Origin: Bacteroidia bacterium
GTDB taxonomy: Bacteria > Bacteroidota > Bacteroidia > M30B66
Reading direction: 5' to 3'
Assembly (NCBI GenBank): GCA_965279035.1
Contig: OZ257142.1
Span: forward strand, 96,001-160,000
DNA: 64,000 bases
Part shown: positions 40,554-51,120 of the stretch, piece by piece
Layout: the number at the start of each line of letters is the position of its first letter
How positions within the stretch are numbered: position 1 is the first letter of the stretch
The notes under the pieces: generated by a model
What the model was told of the DNA's origin: nothing
Databases searched by the model: none
What the model saw: the letters and a program-made list of their open reading frames with translations, nothing else
Program-made: the position numbers and the translations under genes

Positions 40554-41396
40554 ATGAATAAGCCACCGGATTCATTAATAACAACAATTAACGATAGTAT
40601 TATCGTTGATTCGAATTCTGTTGCACCACTTGCAAATAAGGATACTACTCTTGCTACTCCTCAACCTATTCAAGCGAAAGAAGAAGCTTTACCCAATTTC
40701 TTTTTCACAGAATACAGCAAGGATTTAACAGCTCATCCACGATATATTGATGCCGAAAGTTGGATTATTCCTCTTCTGCTAGGCGCTGTTTTTCTCTTAG
40801 GAATAATTAATACGTTCTATTATAAAGAGGTTAGAATCCTGTTGATGGGGATTTTCAAAAGAGCAAGTTTGATGAAATTATTGGAAGAAGAAAATACCAT
40901 GATACGCCGAAGTATCTTGATGATGATTTTACTTTTTCTTATTGTTTCACCAGTCTTTGTATTTCAAATTTCAGGGATTTTAAATTTAACAACTGCCTAT
41001 CTTCCCTTTATTCCTGCGTATTTTCAGTTGATGTTACTAGGTGCCGGAGCTTTAGGATTGAAGCTTCTAACAATCAATATCATTGGAAATCTCTTTTATT
41101 CTAAAGAAGAATCTGGAAGCTATATTTTAGGCATCATCGTAATGAATTGCATTTTGGGTGTAGTGCTAATCCCTGTCACATTAGGAATAAAACTAGCTCC
41201 GGCACCCTTTAATACCTGGGCGCTCTATACTGGAATCGCGCTGTTTCTATTGCTTTACCTGTATAGTTTGATAATTGGCTGGGTAGCTGGTTTGAGGAAT
41301 GGCACTCTTTCGAAATTCCATTTGTTTTTATACTTTTGCACCCTTGAAATCCTACCTGTCTTTTTGATCATCAAGGCTGTAAGGAATTTGATTTAA
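40554..41396 (+). CDS. DUF4271 membrane protein
   Basis: Multiple TM helices; C-terminal FHLFLYFCTLEILP; sits upstream of hemD. Confidence 0.85.
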   Translation: MNKPPDSLITTINDSIIVDSNSVAPLANKDTTLATPQPIQAKEEALPNFFFTEYSKDLTAHPRYIDAESWIIPLLLGAVFLLGIINTFYYKEVRILLMGIFKRASLMKLLEEENTMIRRSILMMILLFLIVSPVFVFQISGILNLTTAYLPFIPAYFQLMLLGAGALGLKLLTINIIGNLFYSKEESGSYILGIIVMNCILGVVLIPVTLGIKLAPAPFNTWALYTGIALFLLLYLYSLIIGWVAGLRNGTLSKFHLFLYFCTLEILPVFLIIKAVRNLI

Positions 41397-41405
41397 GTTA
41401 ATCGC

Positions 41406-42209
41406 ATGAGCTCTACTATCCAGGCTACAGCAGAAGAACAAGCAGAGAACTCGCGCGAACAGCGGGTGAAAACTATTTTGGTGACTCAACCAAAGCCGGA
41501 GACAGATAAGTCGCCCTACTTTGATTTAGCCAAAAAATGCAATGTAAAAATTGACTTCCGCTCGTTCATTCACGTGGAGGGTATTTCTGCAAAGGAATTC
41601 CGCAAGGAGAGAATTAACATTCTCGATCACAGTGCAATTATTCTAACAAGCCGGAATGCGGTTGATAATTTCTTCCGCCTTTGTACCGAAATGCGTATTA
41701 CGGTTCCTGAATCGATGAAGTATTTCTGTATCAGCGAATCCACGGCATTTTATCTTCAGAAATACGTTCAATACAGGAAACGTAAGATTTTTTATGGCAA
41801 CCAAAAGTTTACAGAACTGATGGATGTCATCAAAAAGAACAAAACAGAAAAATTTCTTCTTCTGTGTTCCGATATTCACAAAGACGAGATTCCTGAGATT
41901 TTGGAAGAAGCAAAAATCAATTTCACCAAAGCGGTTATTTATAGAACCGTTTGCAGCGATTTGAGTGATTTATCGGATGTGCTTTACGATATGTTGGTTT
42001 TCTTTTCGCCATCAGGTATCAAATCTTTGTTTCAGAACTTCCCCGATTTTAAACAGAATGCTACCCGGATTGCTGCCTTTGGCCCAACTACCGCAGCAGC
42101 AGTGAAAGAATCTGGACTTATTCTCGACATCAACGCTCCAATGCCTCAGGCTCCCTCAATGACAATGGCCATTGAACAATACCTGAAAATAGCGAACAAA
42201 GGCCGATAA
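41406..42209 (+). CDS. hemD: Uroporphyrinogen-III synthase family protein
   Basis: VKTILVTQPKP, DFRSFIHVEG, YRTV, LVFFSPSGI, APSM. Confidence 0.88.
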   Translation: MSSTIQATAEEQAENSREQRVKTILVTQPKPETDKSPYFDLAKKCNVKIDFRSFIHVEGISAKEFRKERINILDHSAIILTSRNAVDNFFRLCTEMRITVPESMKYFCISESTAFYLQKYVQYRKRKIFYGNQKFTELMDVIKKNKTEKFLLLCSDIHKDEIPEILEEAKINFTKAVIYRTVCSDLSDLSDVLYDMLVFFSPSGIKSLFQNFPDFKQNATRIAAFGPTTAAAVKESGLILDINAPMPQAPSMTMAIEQYLKIANKGR

Positions 42210-42216
42210 GTTCGTC

Positions 42217-42606
42217 ATGAACACCCTTCCGAAAGAAGAACGCCTTCACGGACGAACATGTATCGCGGAGGTTTTTTCCAAGGGCAAGCGATTTAGTGTT
42301 CCTTCTTTTCGCATCATTTGGAGAATAAGACCACTCGATTCTTTACCGACTATTCGTTTTGGGATTACTGTTCCTAAAAAGATTTCAAAAAAAGCTGTAG
42401 AAAGAAACCGCATAAAGCGATGTTGCCGAGAAGCATATCGAACCGTTAAACAAGACTTTACCGAAATTTTATTACAGAATCAGAAACAGATGGATGTATT
42501 TCTCGTTTATTCTGGCAGTATTGATACCTGTACCGAAGAAATCAAGGAGAAAATAATCCTAATTTTGAAACGTTTAACAGCCACGAATGGCCCAAATCCT
42601 CGCTAA
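42217..42606 (+). CDS. rnpA: Ribonuclease P protein component
   Basis: [29 protein letters not shown]. Confidence 0.93.
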   Translation: MNTLPKEERLHGRTCIAEVFSKGKRFSVPSFRIIWRIRPLDSLPTIRFGITVPKKISKKAVERNRIKRCCREAYRTVKQDFTEILLQNQKQMDVFLVYSGSIDTCTEEIKEKIILILKRLTATNGPNPR

Positions 42607-42808
42607 ACTGATTATTGCACTTATCAAGGTGTATCAGTTAGTGATCTCGCCCGTGTTGCCGAATGCCTGCCGTTACTCGCCTACATGTTCCGCATATGGA
42701 ATAGAAGCAGTAAAAAAATACGGTCCAATGAAAGGAACCGCTTTGGCAATTCGACGATTTTTGAGATGCAACCCTTGGGGAGGACACGGTCATGACCCGG
42801 TACCATAA
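42587..42808 (+). CDS. yidD: Membrane protein insertion efficiency factor YidD
   Basis: [31 protein letters not shown]. Confidence 0.95.
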   Translation: MAQILAKLIIALIKVYQLVISPVLPNACRYSPTCSAYGIEAVKKYGPMKGTALAIRRFLRCNPWGGHGHDPVP

Positions 42809-42810
42809 AC

Positions 42811-44523
42811 ATGAAAGTTTACATGAAAAAACTAAGCAATATCTCCATCAAACTTCGACTATTCATCGCAACCGCTTTGATTGCAGTAGTTTCATTTACA
42901 ACACTCAGCTTTAAAGATGATTATTTCGAGATATCGAAAAACCTCGACATTTTCGCTACGCTTTTCCGTGAAGTCAATTTGTATTATGTGGATGAGATTC
43001 AACCCGGACAAATGATGAAAACTGGGATTGATGCGATGTTGGAGTCACTCGATCCGTATACGAATTATATTCCCGAAGACGATATTGAAGATGCCCGTTT
43101 TATGACTACGGGACAATATGGTGGAATTGGCGCTCTCATCAGAACCAAAGATGATATCATCGTCATTTCTGAACCTTATGAAAATGCCCCAGCTTCTAAA
43201 GCCGATTTACGTGCGGGTGATGTAGTTCTCGAAATTGAAGGAAAAAGCACCAAAGGAAAAACAACCTCCGATGTTGTGAAAGTATTGAAAGGTCAACCCA
43301 ACACACCCGTTAAACTTTTAATTAAACGTGAAGGGGAAGAAAAGCCGATCGAAAAAACCATCATGCGGGAAGAAATTAAAGTGAATAATGTTCCCTATTA
43401 TGGAATGATCGATGATCAAATTGGATACATCAAACTCACCGGTTTTACTCAAGATGCTGGTCGTGAAGTAAAAGATGCTCTCATTAAACTCAAAGAGAAT
43501 CCCAAATTAGAAGGCGTTGTGCTCGATTTGCGCGGAAATCCGGGTGGTTTATTACGCGAAGCCATCAATATTGTCAATGTATTTGTCGAAAAAAATATTG
43601 ATATCGTTAGCACCAAAGGCAAAGTAAAAGACTGGGATAAAACCTATAAATCCATTAACAATCCAGTTGATGTGAACATTCCACTTGCTGTTTTAGTAAA
43701 TCGTTCATCGGCTTCAGCATCTGAAATTGTAAGTGGATCGATTCAAGATCTTGACCGTGGAGTTATTGTTGGCCAACGTAGTTTTGGAAAAGGATTGGTT
43801 CAAACTTCTCGCCCACTTTCCTACAATACACAATTGAAGATTACTACTTCAAAATACTATATCCCAAGTGGTCGCTGCATACAAGCGAAGGATTATTCTC
43901 ACCGTAATGAAGATGGAAGTGTTGGCACTGTTCCCGATTCGATGATTAAAGAATTTACAACTCGTGCTGGTCGTAAAGTATACGATGGCGGTGGTGTGAT
44001 TCCCGATGTGAGTATGCCGGTGAAAGAATACACACCAATATCCAGAAGCGTTGTGAGCAATAGTCTCATTTTCGATTTTGCAACCAAATACCGCATGACG
44101 CATCCTGAATTAGCATCTGCTCGAAATTTTACAATTACTCCGGATGTGTTCAATGAATTTAGTGCTTTCCTTGCTACCAAAGAATATAGCTACAAAACCG
44201 AAAGTGAAGAGCTTTTAGAAGAATGGCAAAAAGTGGCCGAACGCGAGAAATACTTTGATGCTGCAAAATCAGAATTCGATGCACTCAAACAACGCATCGA
44301 TCACGACAAGAAAGCAGATATCGAAAAATCAAAAGATCAGTTGAGTGAATTGTTGATCGATGAAATTGCAAGCCGGTACTTTTTCCAAAAAGGGAGAATT
44401 GAATCTTCGTTTTCCTATGATGCAGAAATCAAAAAAGCGGTAGATATTTTAAAAGACAAGTCGTTCTACACCGATATTTTGAGCGGAAAATACAAAGAGG
44501 AAATCAAGAAAAAAGGAAAGTAA
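42811..44523 (+). CDS. S41 family C-terminal processing peptidase
   Basis: FEISKNLDIF, LDPYT, LDLRGNPGG, SASASEI, SFGKGLVQ. Confidence 0.93.
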   Translation: MKVYMKKLSNISIKLRLFIATALIAVVSFTTLSFKDDYFEISKNLDIFATLFREVNLYYVDEIQPGQMMKTGIDAMLESLDPYTNYIPEDDIEDARFMTTGQYGGIGALIRTKDDIIVISEPYENAPASKADLRAGDVVLEIEGKSTKGKTTSDVVKVLKGQPNTPVKLLIKREGEEKPIEKTIMREEIKVNNVPYYGMIDDQIGYIKLTGFTQDAGREVKDALIKLKENPKLEGVVLDLRGNPGGLLREAINIVNVFVEKNIDIVSTKGKVKDWDKTYKSINNPVDVNIPLAVLVNRSSASASEIVSGSIQDLDRGVIVGQRSFGKGLVQTSRPLSYNTQLKITTSKYYIPSGRCIQAKDYSHRNEDGSVGTVPDSMIKEFTTRAGRKVYDGGGVIPDVSMPVKEYTPISRSVVSNSLIFDFATKYRMTHPELASARNFTITPDVFNEFSAFLATKEYSYKTESEELLEEWQKVAEREKYFDAAKSEFDALKQRIDHDKKADIEKSKDQLSELLIDEIASRYFFQKGRIESSFSYDAEIKKAVDILKDKSFYTDILSGKYKEEIKKKGK

Positions 44524-44568
44524 TTGTCAGATGAATTCGATTCGCTGCCAATCTATTCTATAATTTAG

Positions 44569-46437
44569 ATGAGGACTTTCTTTAAAAATTTCCGACAGCT
44601 CCCTCTATTACTGATACGCCAGTTTGTTTTCTGGATTCTGTATTTTGCTTTTTGTCGACTCATTTTTCTTGTTTACAACCAAGAAGAGGTTCGACATGCA
44701 CCTTGGTCTGAAATATTTTTAACATTTCCGGAAGCGCTGTACGTGGATACTTCCATGGCATGCTATATTTTATTCATTCCCTTTATTTTATTGAGCATTA
44801 CAGGGTTCAGTGGTAAGGTGTTGTTTTTAAAAATAAATAATTACTACACGGCCTTTATTCTGTTTTTGATTAGTATTCTAACCTTAGTAGAACTACCGCT
44901 TTACGATGAATGGGCACACAAATTCACCTACAAAGCACTGTGGTTTCTTCAACAACCTGCGGAGGTTTTTCAAACGGCTAGTTGGGGACAACTCATTTTT
45001 GCAGTCATAGGTACCACTTCATTAACTTGGGTTTCATTCTGGCTTTTTAAAAAAATTGCTCCAATTCCCTCGACCATCTCTTCGAATAAAGTAGATGCTG
45101 CCTTCTTTTTTCTATTGTTTCCAGGCATTCTCTTAACTGGTTCGCGTGGTGGATATAATCCAATTCCAATTCAAGTTAGTGATGCCTATTTTTCACAATA
45201 CAACATCCTAAACTCCGCTTCGGTAAATTCTACATTTCACTTGATGAGCAATGTGCTTCAAAATTTAGAAGCCTTTGAACCATACACTTTTCTTCGTTCT
45301 GATGAAGCAAAATCAATCGTAGACAGTCTATATGCTGTTCCTTCCGATACGAGCATTCAAGTTATTTCTACCAATCGCCCCAATGTTGTTTTGGTAGTTT
45401 TTGAAGGTTTAGCGGCCGATGTAGTTGGCTCACTTGGAGGATACAGCGATTTGGCTCCGCACTTCAGTCAACTCATAGATCAAGGAATCTCATTCGATTC
45501 ATGCTATGCTTCAGGAAATTTGAGTGACCAAGGAATGGGAGCTGTTTTCTCCGCCTTTCCTGCACAACCTCGTACCTCAATCATTACGGTTCCGGATAAA
45601 TACATTCATCTTCCTTGTGTTAATTCGGAATTCAGAAAGAACGGATATGCAACTTCCTTTCTTTTTGGCGGACAATTGAGTTATGGAAACATTCGGTCGT
45701 ATATGTATTACAATCATTTCGATCGTATTTTAGAAGAGAAAGATTTTGATTCTGATGTGTATAGAGGCAGACTTGGAGTTCACGATGGAGATCTTTTAAC
45801 GCGAGAATTGGAAGAGTTGAATAAAGATAAAACACCCTTTTTTGCAGCCTTGTTTACGCTCAGCACTCACAGCCCGTATGACATTCCTATTGATGAAGTG
45901 ATCCATTGGGGAGAAAAGGAAAAGGGATACATCAACTCGGTGCATTATGCCGATAGCTGTTTGAATCATTTTATGAATGAAGCTCGGAAACAGCCTTGGT
46001 TTGATAATACCTTGTTTGTTTTTGTATCAGATCATCATCACAATACACCCAAAGGATATTCATTCTTCTCTCCCGATTACCGAAGAATTCCTCTTGTCTT
46101 TTATGGAAACGTAATCAAACCGGAATACCGCGGGTTTCACTCAAAACGAATTTGTTCGCAGCTTGATTTAGCGTCTACCTTATTGCATCAACTTCATATG
46201 AATGCAAAACCGTTTACCTGGAGTAAAGATTTATTCAATCCGCACACTCCTGAATTTGCTTTCTATTCGTTCGATGAAGGATTCGGTTGGATTCGTCCAG
46301 AAGGAAGACTCGTTTGGTATGTTCATGAAAACCGTTTTGAGTTTGAACGCTATCTTAATCCTGCTAATAAACCACGACTTTTTAAAGAAGGAAAGGCTTA
46401 TCTGCAAAGAGTTACAGAAGATTTCTGGAAATACTAG
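44569..46437 (+). CDS. LTA synthase/sulfatase family membrane protein
   Basis: Five N-terminal TM helices, RPNVVLVVFEG, TLSTHSPY, YAD, NTLFVFVSDH, SQLD. Confidence 0.88.
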   Translation: MRTFFKNFRQLPLLLIRQFVFWILYFAFCRLIFLVYNQEEVRHAPWSEIFLTFPEALYVDTSMACYILFIPFILLSITGFSGKVLFLKINNYYTAFILFLISILTLVELPLYDEWAHKFTYKALWFLQQPAEVFQTASWGQLIFAVIGTTSLTWVSFWLFKKIAPIPSTISSNKVDAAFFFLLFPGILLTGSRGGYNPIPIQVSDAYFSQYNILNSASVNSTFHLMSNVLQNLEAFEPYTFLRSDEAKSIVDSLYAVPSDTSIQVISTNRPNVVLVVFEGLAADVVGSLGGYSDLAPHFSQLIDQGISFDSCYASGNLSDQGMGAVFSAFPAQPRTSIITVPDKYIHLPCVNSEFRKNGYATSFLFGGQLSYGNIRSYMYYNHFDRILEEKDFDSDVYRGRLGVHDGDLLTRELEELNKDKTPFFAALFTLSTHSPYDIPIDEVIHWGEKEKGYINSVHYADSCLNHFMNEARKQPWFDNTLFVFVSDHHHNTPKGYSFFSPDYRRIPLVFYGNVIKPEYRGFHSKRICSQLDLASTLLHQLHMNAKPFTWSKDLFNPHTPEFAFYSFDEGFGWIRPEGRLVWYVHENRFEFERYLNPANKPRLFKEGKAYLQRVTEDFWKY

Positions 46438-47018
46438 GCGATCATCTTTGTGACCTGCTCATCCAAAGGAGAAATTGCCGGTCCGAAATAAGCAATCAGT
46501 TCTCCCTGCTCATCCAACAAATATTTGCTGAAATTCCAATCGGGTTCCTGATCATTCCAGCCATTTTTCTTTGAATCGGTCAACCAATCAAAAACTTGAT
46601 TCTGCTCTGCTTTACGAATAACTACCGATTTTTTAGCCAAAGGAAAAGTTACACCGAAATTCACCTGACAAAACGCAGCAATTCCCTGATCATCTAATTT
46701 TTCTTGCTCCTTAAAATCATTTGCAGGAAAACCAATAATCTGCAGTTTGCCACTCTGTGATTCGAATAACTGTTGCAGTTCACTGTATTGATTTGTATAG
46801 CCACAGTCCGAAGCTGTATTCACAAGGAGGATCTTTTTCCCTAGATATTCTCTTAGAAAATGCTCCGTTCCATTATTCATTTGAAACGAGAGTTTATTAT
46901 CCGAAATGTTTGATTTTGCTGATTTGGGCTTCAATATCACCTTTCCTTTATCTCCCTTTTGGGAAAGTTTCATAACAAAAGGATAAATCGCTTTCAGGAT
47001 ACGTTGTCGCAAGTTCAT
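46434..47018 (-). CDS. Glutathione peroxidase (Cys-type)
   Basis: VNTASDCGYTNQY, GFPANDF, WNFSKYL; start likely ATG 47018. Confidence 0.92.
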   Translation of the reverse strand: MNLRQRILKAIYPFVMKLSQKGDKGKVILKPKSAKSNISDNKLSFQMNNGTEHFLREYLGKKILLVNTASDCGYTNQYSELQQLFESQSGKLQIIGFPANDFKEQEKLDDQGIAAFCQVNFGVTFPLAKKSVVIRKAEQNQVFDWLTDSKKNGWNDQEPDWNFSKYLLDEQGELIAYFGPAISPLDEQVTKMIA

Positions 47019-47066
47019 TTCAATGATTTGCGAAAGAAACATTAATACACGTGGATTGTTGCTATT

Positions 47067-48143
47067 TTAATGAATCACAACTTGGAGATACACCGGTTGA
47101 TGATCGCTATATCGGAATTGCATATCGATTCCATGTACATTCAAAATCTCCACATTAGCAGAACTGATGAAAAAGTCGATCAAGGTTGTATAGGTTTTAC
47201 CTGCTTCATAGGAAGTCACGTTGCTTCTATTACTAGCCAATGTTGAATCGTAGCTCACCTTGAAATCCTTTGGAAGCATGTCCATTGTAAGCGATTGAGG
47301 TGTATAACCATCCGATAAATTGCTACTAAAATGCTTGGAATCAAATCCAGGTGGCACTTGGTTCCAGTCGCCACCTACAATAACGGTATTTCCTTTAGCA
47401 ACTTCTGCCTCGTAACGTTTCTTCATAAATTCCATTTCCACCTTTTTTATCTCTCCCGTTTCGTCGTAAGCCGTATTGTGTGTATTCACAACAACAAGCT
47501 CTTTTCCTGAAGAAAGTGGATATCGAAATTCCATCGCACAACGATCAAGCATGTACAATTTAGTTGGCCAAGCAAAACCTCCGGGATATTGAACTCGGGT
47601 GGAAGAACTTGGCTTAAATCGACTATAGCTAACCAATCCTCCGTAGGTTTTTCCATAAGGCGTATAGGGCAATCCAAAGGGAACCGGAACAAACTTCACA
47701 TCATAGTTGAGTGCGAAACTCCAAGAGAAATCAGGAAGTTCGTTCGCTATAACTGGAATCTGATCGGTGTTGTAACTGCGTTTGCTATTACGATCTACTT
47801 CCTGAATGAGAAATATATCGACGCTATCTTTCATCGTACTAACAAAGGTGGAAACCGCTTTTAAATATTTCGCCGATTGTTCCTCACTTGCCCGAACCAT
47901 TTTGCCACCATCATTGAAGAAATCCATTTCCGCTCCCAATCCACAATAGCCGATATTCCAGATTAATAAGGAAAGTGTATCTCCCGGTTTTGTGAGTGAG
48001 GAACTTCCTTCTATGAGTAATTTTTCTTCACTTCCCGGTTCTGGTTGATAATCGGTAATGGTCGAATAACAGAGAAGTCCAACAAATACTAGGATGAGAA
48101 TTAGAAGAAAAAAGCCAATCAAACGGAGAATCTTTCGAATCAT
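47067..48143 (-). CDS. Endonuclease/exonuclease/phosphatase family protein
   Basis: WNIGY, IQEVD, NTH, GGDWN, IDFF, SDHQPV; N-terminal TM helix. Confidence 0.9.
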   Translation of the reverse strand: MIRKILRLIGFFLLILILVFVGLLCYSTITDYQPEPGSEEKLLIEGSSSLTKPGDTLSLLIWNIGYCGLGAEMDFFNDGGKMVRASEEQSAKYLKAVSTFVSTMKDSVDIFLIQEVDRNSKRSYNTDQIPVIANELPDFSWSFALNYDVKFVPVPFGLPYTPYGKTYGGLVSYSRFKPSSSTRVQYPGGFAWPTKLYMLDRCAMEFRYPLSSGKELVVVNTHNTAYDETGEIKKVEMEFMKKRYEAEVAKGNTVIVGGDWNQVPPGFDSKHFSSNLSDGYTPQSLTMDMLPKDFKVSYDSTLASNRSNVTSYEAGKTYTTLIDFFISSANVEILNVHGIDMQFRYSDHQPVYLQVVIH

Positions 48144-48255
48144 AAACCCAATATTTATCTACGTCAAACCTACAAAATATGAAGGTTCCTGAATCTATTA
48201 TTCCATATGTAATTGCTGAAAGAACATTTCTATTTTTACAGCTCACATTCCAACC

Positions 48256-49092
48256 ATGCAACACGCCGACTTTAGCTGGAGATCTGGTTCTGATCAAATA
48301 AAATTGTTCGGCCAGGTTTGGACGCCCATTGAAGAACCCATTGCTGTCATTGCCTTGGTTCACGGCATGGGAGAACACAGCGGACGCTATCGCAGATTAG
48401 CAGAATTCTTCACTTCTCATAACATTGCAGTGATCACGTTTGATCAACGAGGACATGGTCGTTCGGAAGGAAAAAGAGGACACATCACGCACTTTAATCA
48501 ATTGCTCGAAGGAATTGAAGAATTGGTTGATCGGGCGAATTTGAGATTTAAGCATAAACCCATTTTCCTTTATGGACATAGCATGGGAGGAAATGTTGCT
48601 CTTAACTATGCCTTGAAAAAACCTAGTGCAATTAAAGGTGTTATTGCAACAGGACCTTGGTTAAGACTTGCCTTTGATCCACCAGCAATTCAATTAAAAT
48701 TGGCGAACATTATGCGAAATCTGTATCCCGGATTTTCGCAAGCTTCCAAATTAAAAACAGAACATCTTTCGCATGACAAAGCCATTGTTTTGGCTTACGA
48801 AAAAGATAAATATGTTCACGATCGCATTACCGCTTCCTTTTTTACGAACCTATATTCTTCGGGATTGTATGCACTTCAACATGCAAACGAACTTAAAATC
48901 CCTGCTTTAATTATGCATGGCGGTGATGATAAAATCACCTCACAACCGGCCTCCGAAGAATTTGCGCATAAAGCCAATTTAGTTAGCGAATACAAAATTT
49001 GGCCTGATATGTATCACGAGATTCACAATGAACTCGAAAATGAAGAGGTATTCAACTATATTTTACGTTGGATTCAGCGTCAGCTTTCATAA
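48256..49092 (+). CDS. Alpha/beta hydrolase (lysophospholipase/monoacylglycerol lipase-like)
   Basis: VHGMGEHSGRY, DQRGHGRSEG, GHSMGG, HGGDD, YHEIHNE. Confidence 0.92.
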   Translation: MQHADFSWRSGSDQIKLFGQVWTPIEEPIAVIALVHGMGEHSGRYRRLAEFFTSHNIAVITFDQRGHGRSEGKRGHITHFNQLLEGIEELVDRANLRFKHKPIFLYGHSMGGNVALNYALKKPSAIKGVIATGPWLRLAFDPPAIQLKLANIMRNLYPGFSQASKLKTEHLSHDKAIVLAYEKDKYVHDRITASFFTNLYSSGLYALQHANELKIPALIMHGGDDKITSQPASEEFAHKANLVSEYKIWPDMYHEIHNELENEEVFNYILRWIQRQLS

Positions 49093-50385
49093 ATGAATTC
49101 GCAATCAAACCGCATTTCTCGACAAACTATTTTACTCATTGTAGTTGCTGCGCTCGGCTACTTTGTCGATATCTACGACTTGATTCTTTTCAATGTTGTA
49201 AAGAAAGAAAGCCTGCTTGCACTCGGTATCACAGATCCTGAAATCCTAAAAAACACAAGCATCACGCTATTCAATTGGCAGATGGGAGGAATGCTCATAG
49301 GTGGTTTGCTTTGGGGAATTTTGGGTGATAAAAAAGGTCGAATCAAAGTCTTGTTCGGCTCTATTCTACTCTATTCTTTAGCCAACGTTTTGAATGCTTT
49401 TGTGACAGGAATTCCAGCCTATGCTGCGGTTCGTTTCATTGCTGGAATTGGTTTAGCGGGCGAATTAGGTGCTGGAATTACGCTTGTTTCCGAAGTGATG
49501 AGCAAAGAAAATCGTGGCTATGGAACCATGATTATTGTAACCTTTGGTGCATTAGGCGCCGTGTTAGCTGCATTGGTTGCTGGCGATGGTCATATTTTAC
49601 GCGATTGGATTGAACAAACCTCCGGGCTCACGCTCGCCAATTGGCAAGTAGCCTACATTATTGGTGGAATGCTCGGATTGATGCTGCTCCTTCTTCGAAT
49701 CGGTACACTCGAATCGGGCATGTTCAAAAATCTACATCATCAAGGAATTGGTCGTGGTCAGTTTCTCAAGCTTTTTTCTAAAAAAGAAACCGCATTTCGT
49801 TACCTCAACTGTATTCTCATTGGCTTGCCCGTATGGTATGCAATAGGCGTTTTGATTGCACTTGCTGAAAATTTTGCATTGCCCGAAGCACTTGGAATTA
49901 CAGGCAAAGTAGTAAACGGACAAGCCGTGATGTTTGCCTATTTAGGTTTATCGGCAGGCGATTTATTGAGTGGCTTGCTGAGTCAGTTTATGCGAAGCCG
50001 AAAAAAGGTTGTTTTGCTGTATCTCGCTTTAAGTGCAGCGATGATGCTTGTTTACCTCTTTTTCAGTGTTGGAAAAACAGCAGAATATTTTTACACCATT
50101 TGCTTTTTAGTTGGGCTTGCAACGGGCTATTGGGCTTTGTTTGTAAGCATTGCCGCCGAACAATTTGGAACTAACATCCGAAGCACCGTTACCTCAACCG
50201 TTCCCAATTTTGTTCGAGGTGCAGTCATTCCAATAACAGGAAGCTTCCGTTTGCTAGAAGGCAGTTTAGGAATGATTGGAAGTGCCCTGTTGGTGGGAAT
50301 TGTATGTATTGCTTTAGCCGCTTTCTCAATGTCGAAATTGAAAGATACATTCGGAAAAGACCTCGATTACATCGAAACGCTTTGA
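49093..50385 (+). CDS. MFS transporter
   Basis: 12 TM helices, GDKKGR motif A, GLAGELG, AEQFGTNIRST. Confidence 0.92.
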   Translation: MNSQSNRISRQTILLIVVAALGYFVDIYDLILFNVVKKESLLALGITDPEILKNTSITLFNWQMGGMLIGGLLWGILGDKKGRIKVLFGSILLYSLANVLNAFVTGIPAYAAVRFIAGIGLAGELGAGITLVSEVMSKENRGYGTMIIVTFGALGAVLAALVAGDGHILRDWIEQTSGLTLANWQVAYIIGGMLGLMLLLLRIGTLESGMFKNLHHQGIGRGQFLKLFSKKETAFRYLNCILIGLPVWYAIGVLIALAENFALPEALGITGKVVNGQAVMFAYLGLSAGDLLSGLLSQFMRSRKKVVLLYLALSAAMMLVYLFFSVGKTAEYFYTICFLVGLATGYWALFVSIAAEQFGTNIRSTVTSTVPNFVRGAVIPITGSFRLLEGSLGMIGSALLVGIVCIALAAFSMSKLKDTFGKDLDYIETL

Positions 50386-51107
50386 GCATTCGGCTCCATC
50401 ACTTCCCCAAATACACTTTCTAAAAATCCTTTTATTATTTTCATCCCGTCTGTATTGCCCAATAAATCATCCGAAGCACGTTCTGGATGTGGCATCATTC
50501 CAAACACATTCTTGCCCTGATTGCAAACACCTGCAATATGATCCATCGATCCATTGGGATTAAAATCAGCCCCTAAAATTCCTTCATCACTGCAATAGCG
50601 AAATAGAATTTGCTCATTGTCTTGAAGTCGTTTTAATGAATCAGCATCAGTAGTATAACGTCCTTCACCATGAGCAATCGGAATAGTGAATGGTTGATCT
50701 TTTTTCAATGAACGAGTAATAGCATTGGATGAACTGCCCGGTAGGATATTCACGTTTTGACAAATGAATCGATGAGAAGTATTGTGAAGCAAGGCGCCCG
50801 GTAAAAGCAAGGATTCGCATAAAATCTGAAATCCATTGCATACACCAAACACATTTCCTCCTTTGTTTGCAAAGTCGATTACCTCTTTCATGATAGGTGA
50901 AAATCGTGCAATTGCGCCCGATCTTAAATAATCACCGTAGGAAAATCCGCCAGGCAAAACAATTAATTGTGAACCTTGTAAGTCGTGGTCTTTATGCCAT
51001 AGTTTTTTTACTTCAACGTGCTGATATATTGAAAGCGCATCCACCATATCCTGATCACAATTTGAACCTGGAAAAACAACAACTCCGATGCGAATAGAAC
51101 TAGACAT
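50367..51107 (-). CDS. purQ: FGAM synthase glutaminase subunit PurQ
   Basis: VFPGSNCD, LPGGFSYGDYLRSGA, GVCNGFQ, IAHGEG, MMPHPER. Confidence 0.96.
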   Translation of the reverse strand: MSSSIRIGVVVFPGSNCDQDMVDALSIYQHVEVKKLWHKDHDLQGSQLIVLPGGFSYGDYLRSGAIARFSPIMKEVIDFANKGGNVFGVCNGFQILCESLLLPGALLHNTSHRFICQNVNILPGSSSNAITRSLKKDQPFTIPIAHGEGRYTTDADSLKRLQDNEQILFRYCSDEGILGADFNPNGSMDHIAGVCNQGKNVFGMMPHPERASDDLLGNTDGMKIIKGFLESVFGEVMEPNAQSVSM

Positions 51108-51120
51108 TTTGATTGGTTGG

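Noticed and set aside
17330-44523. Two S41 proteases as a recent duplication
   Set aside because: They are divergent, and multiple S41 paralogs are ordinary in Bacteroidota
46434-47018. Selenoprotein glutathione peroxidase
   Set aside because: The active site reads TASDCG with a Cys codon; there is no in-frame TGA
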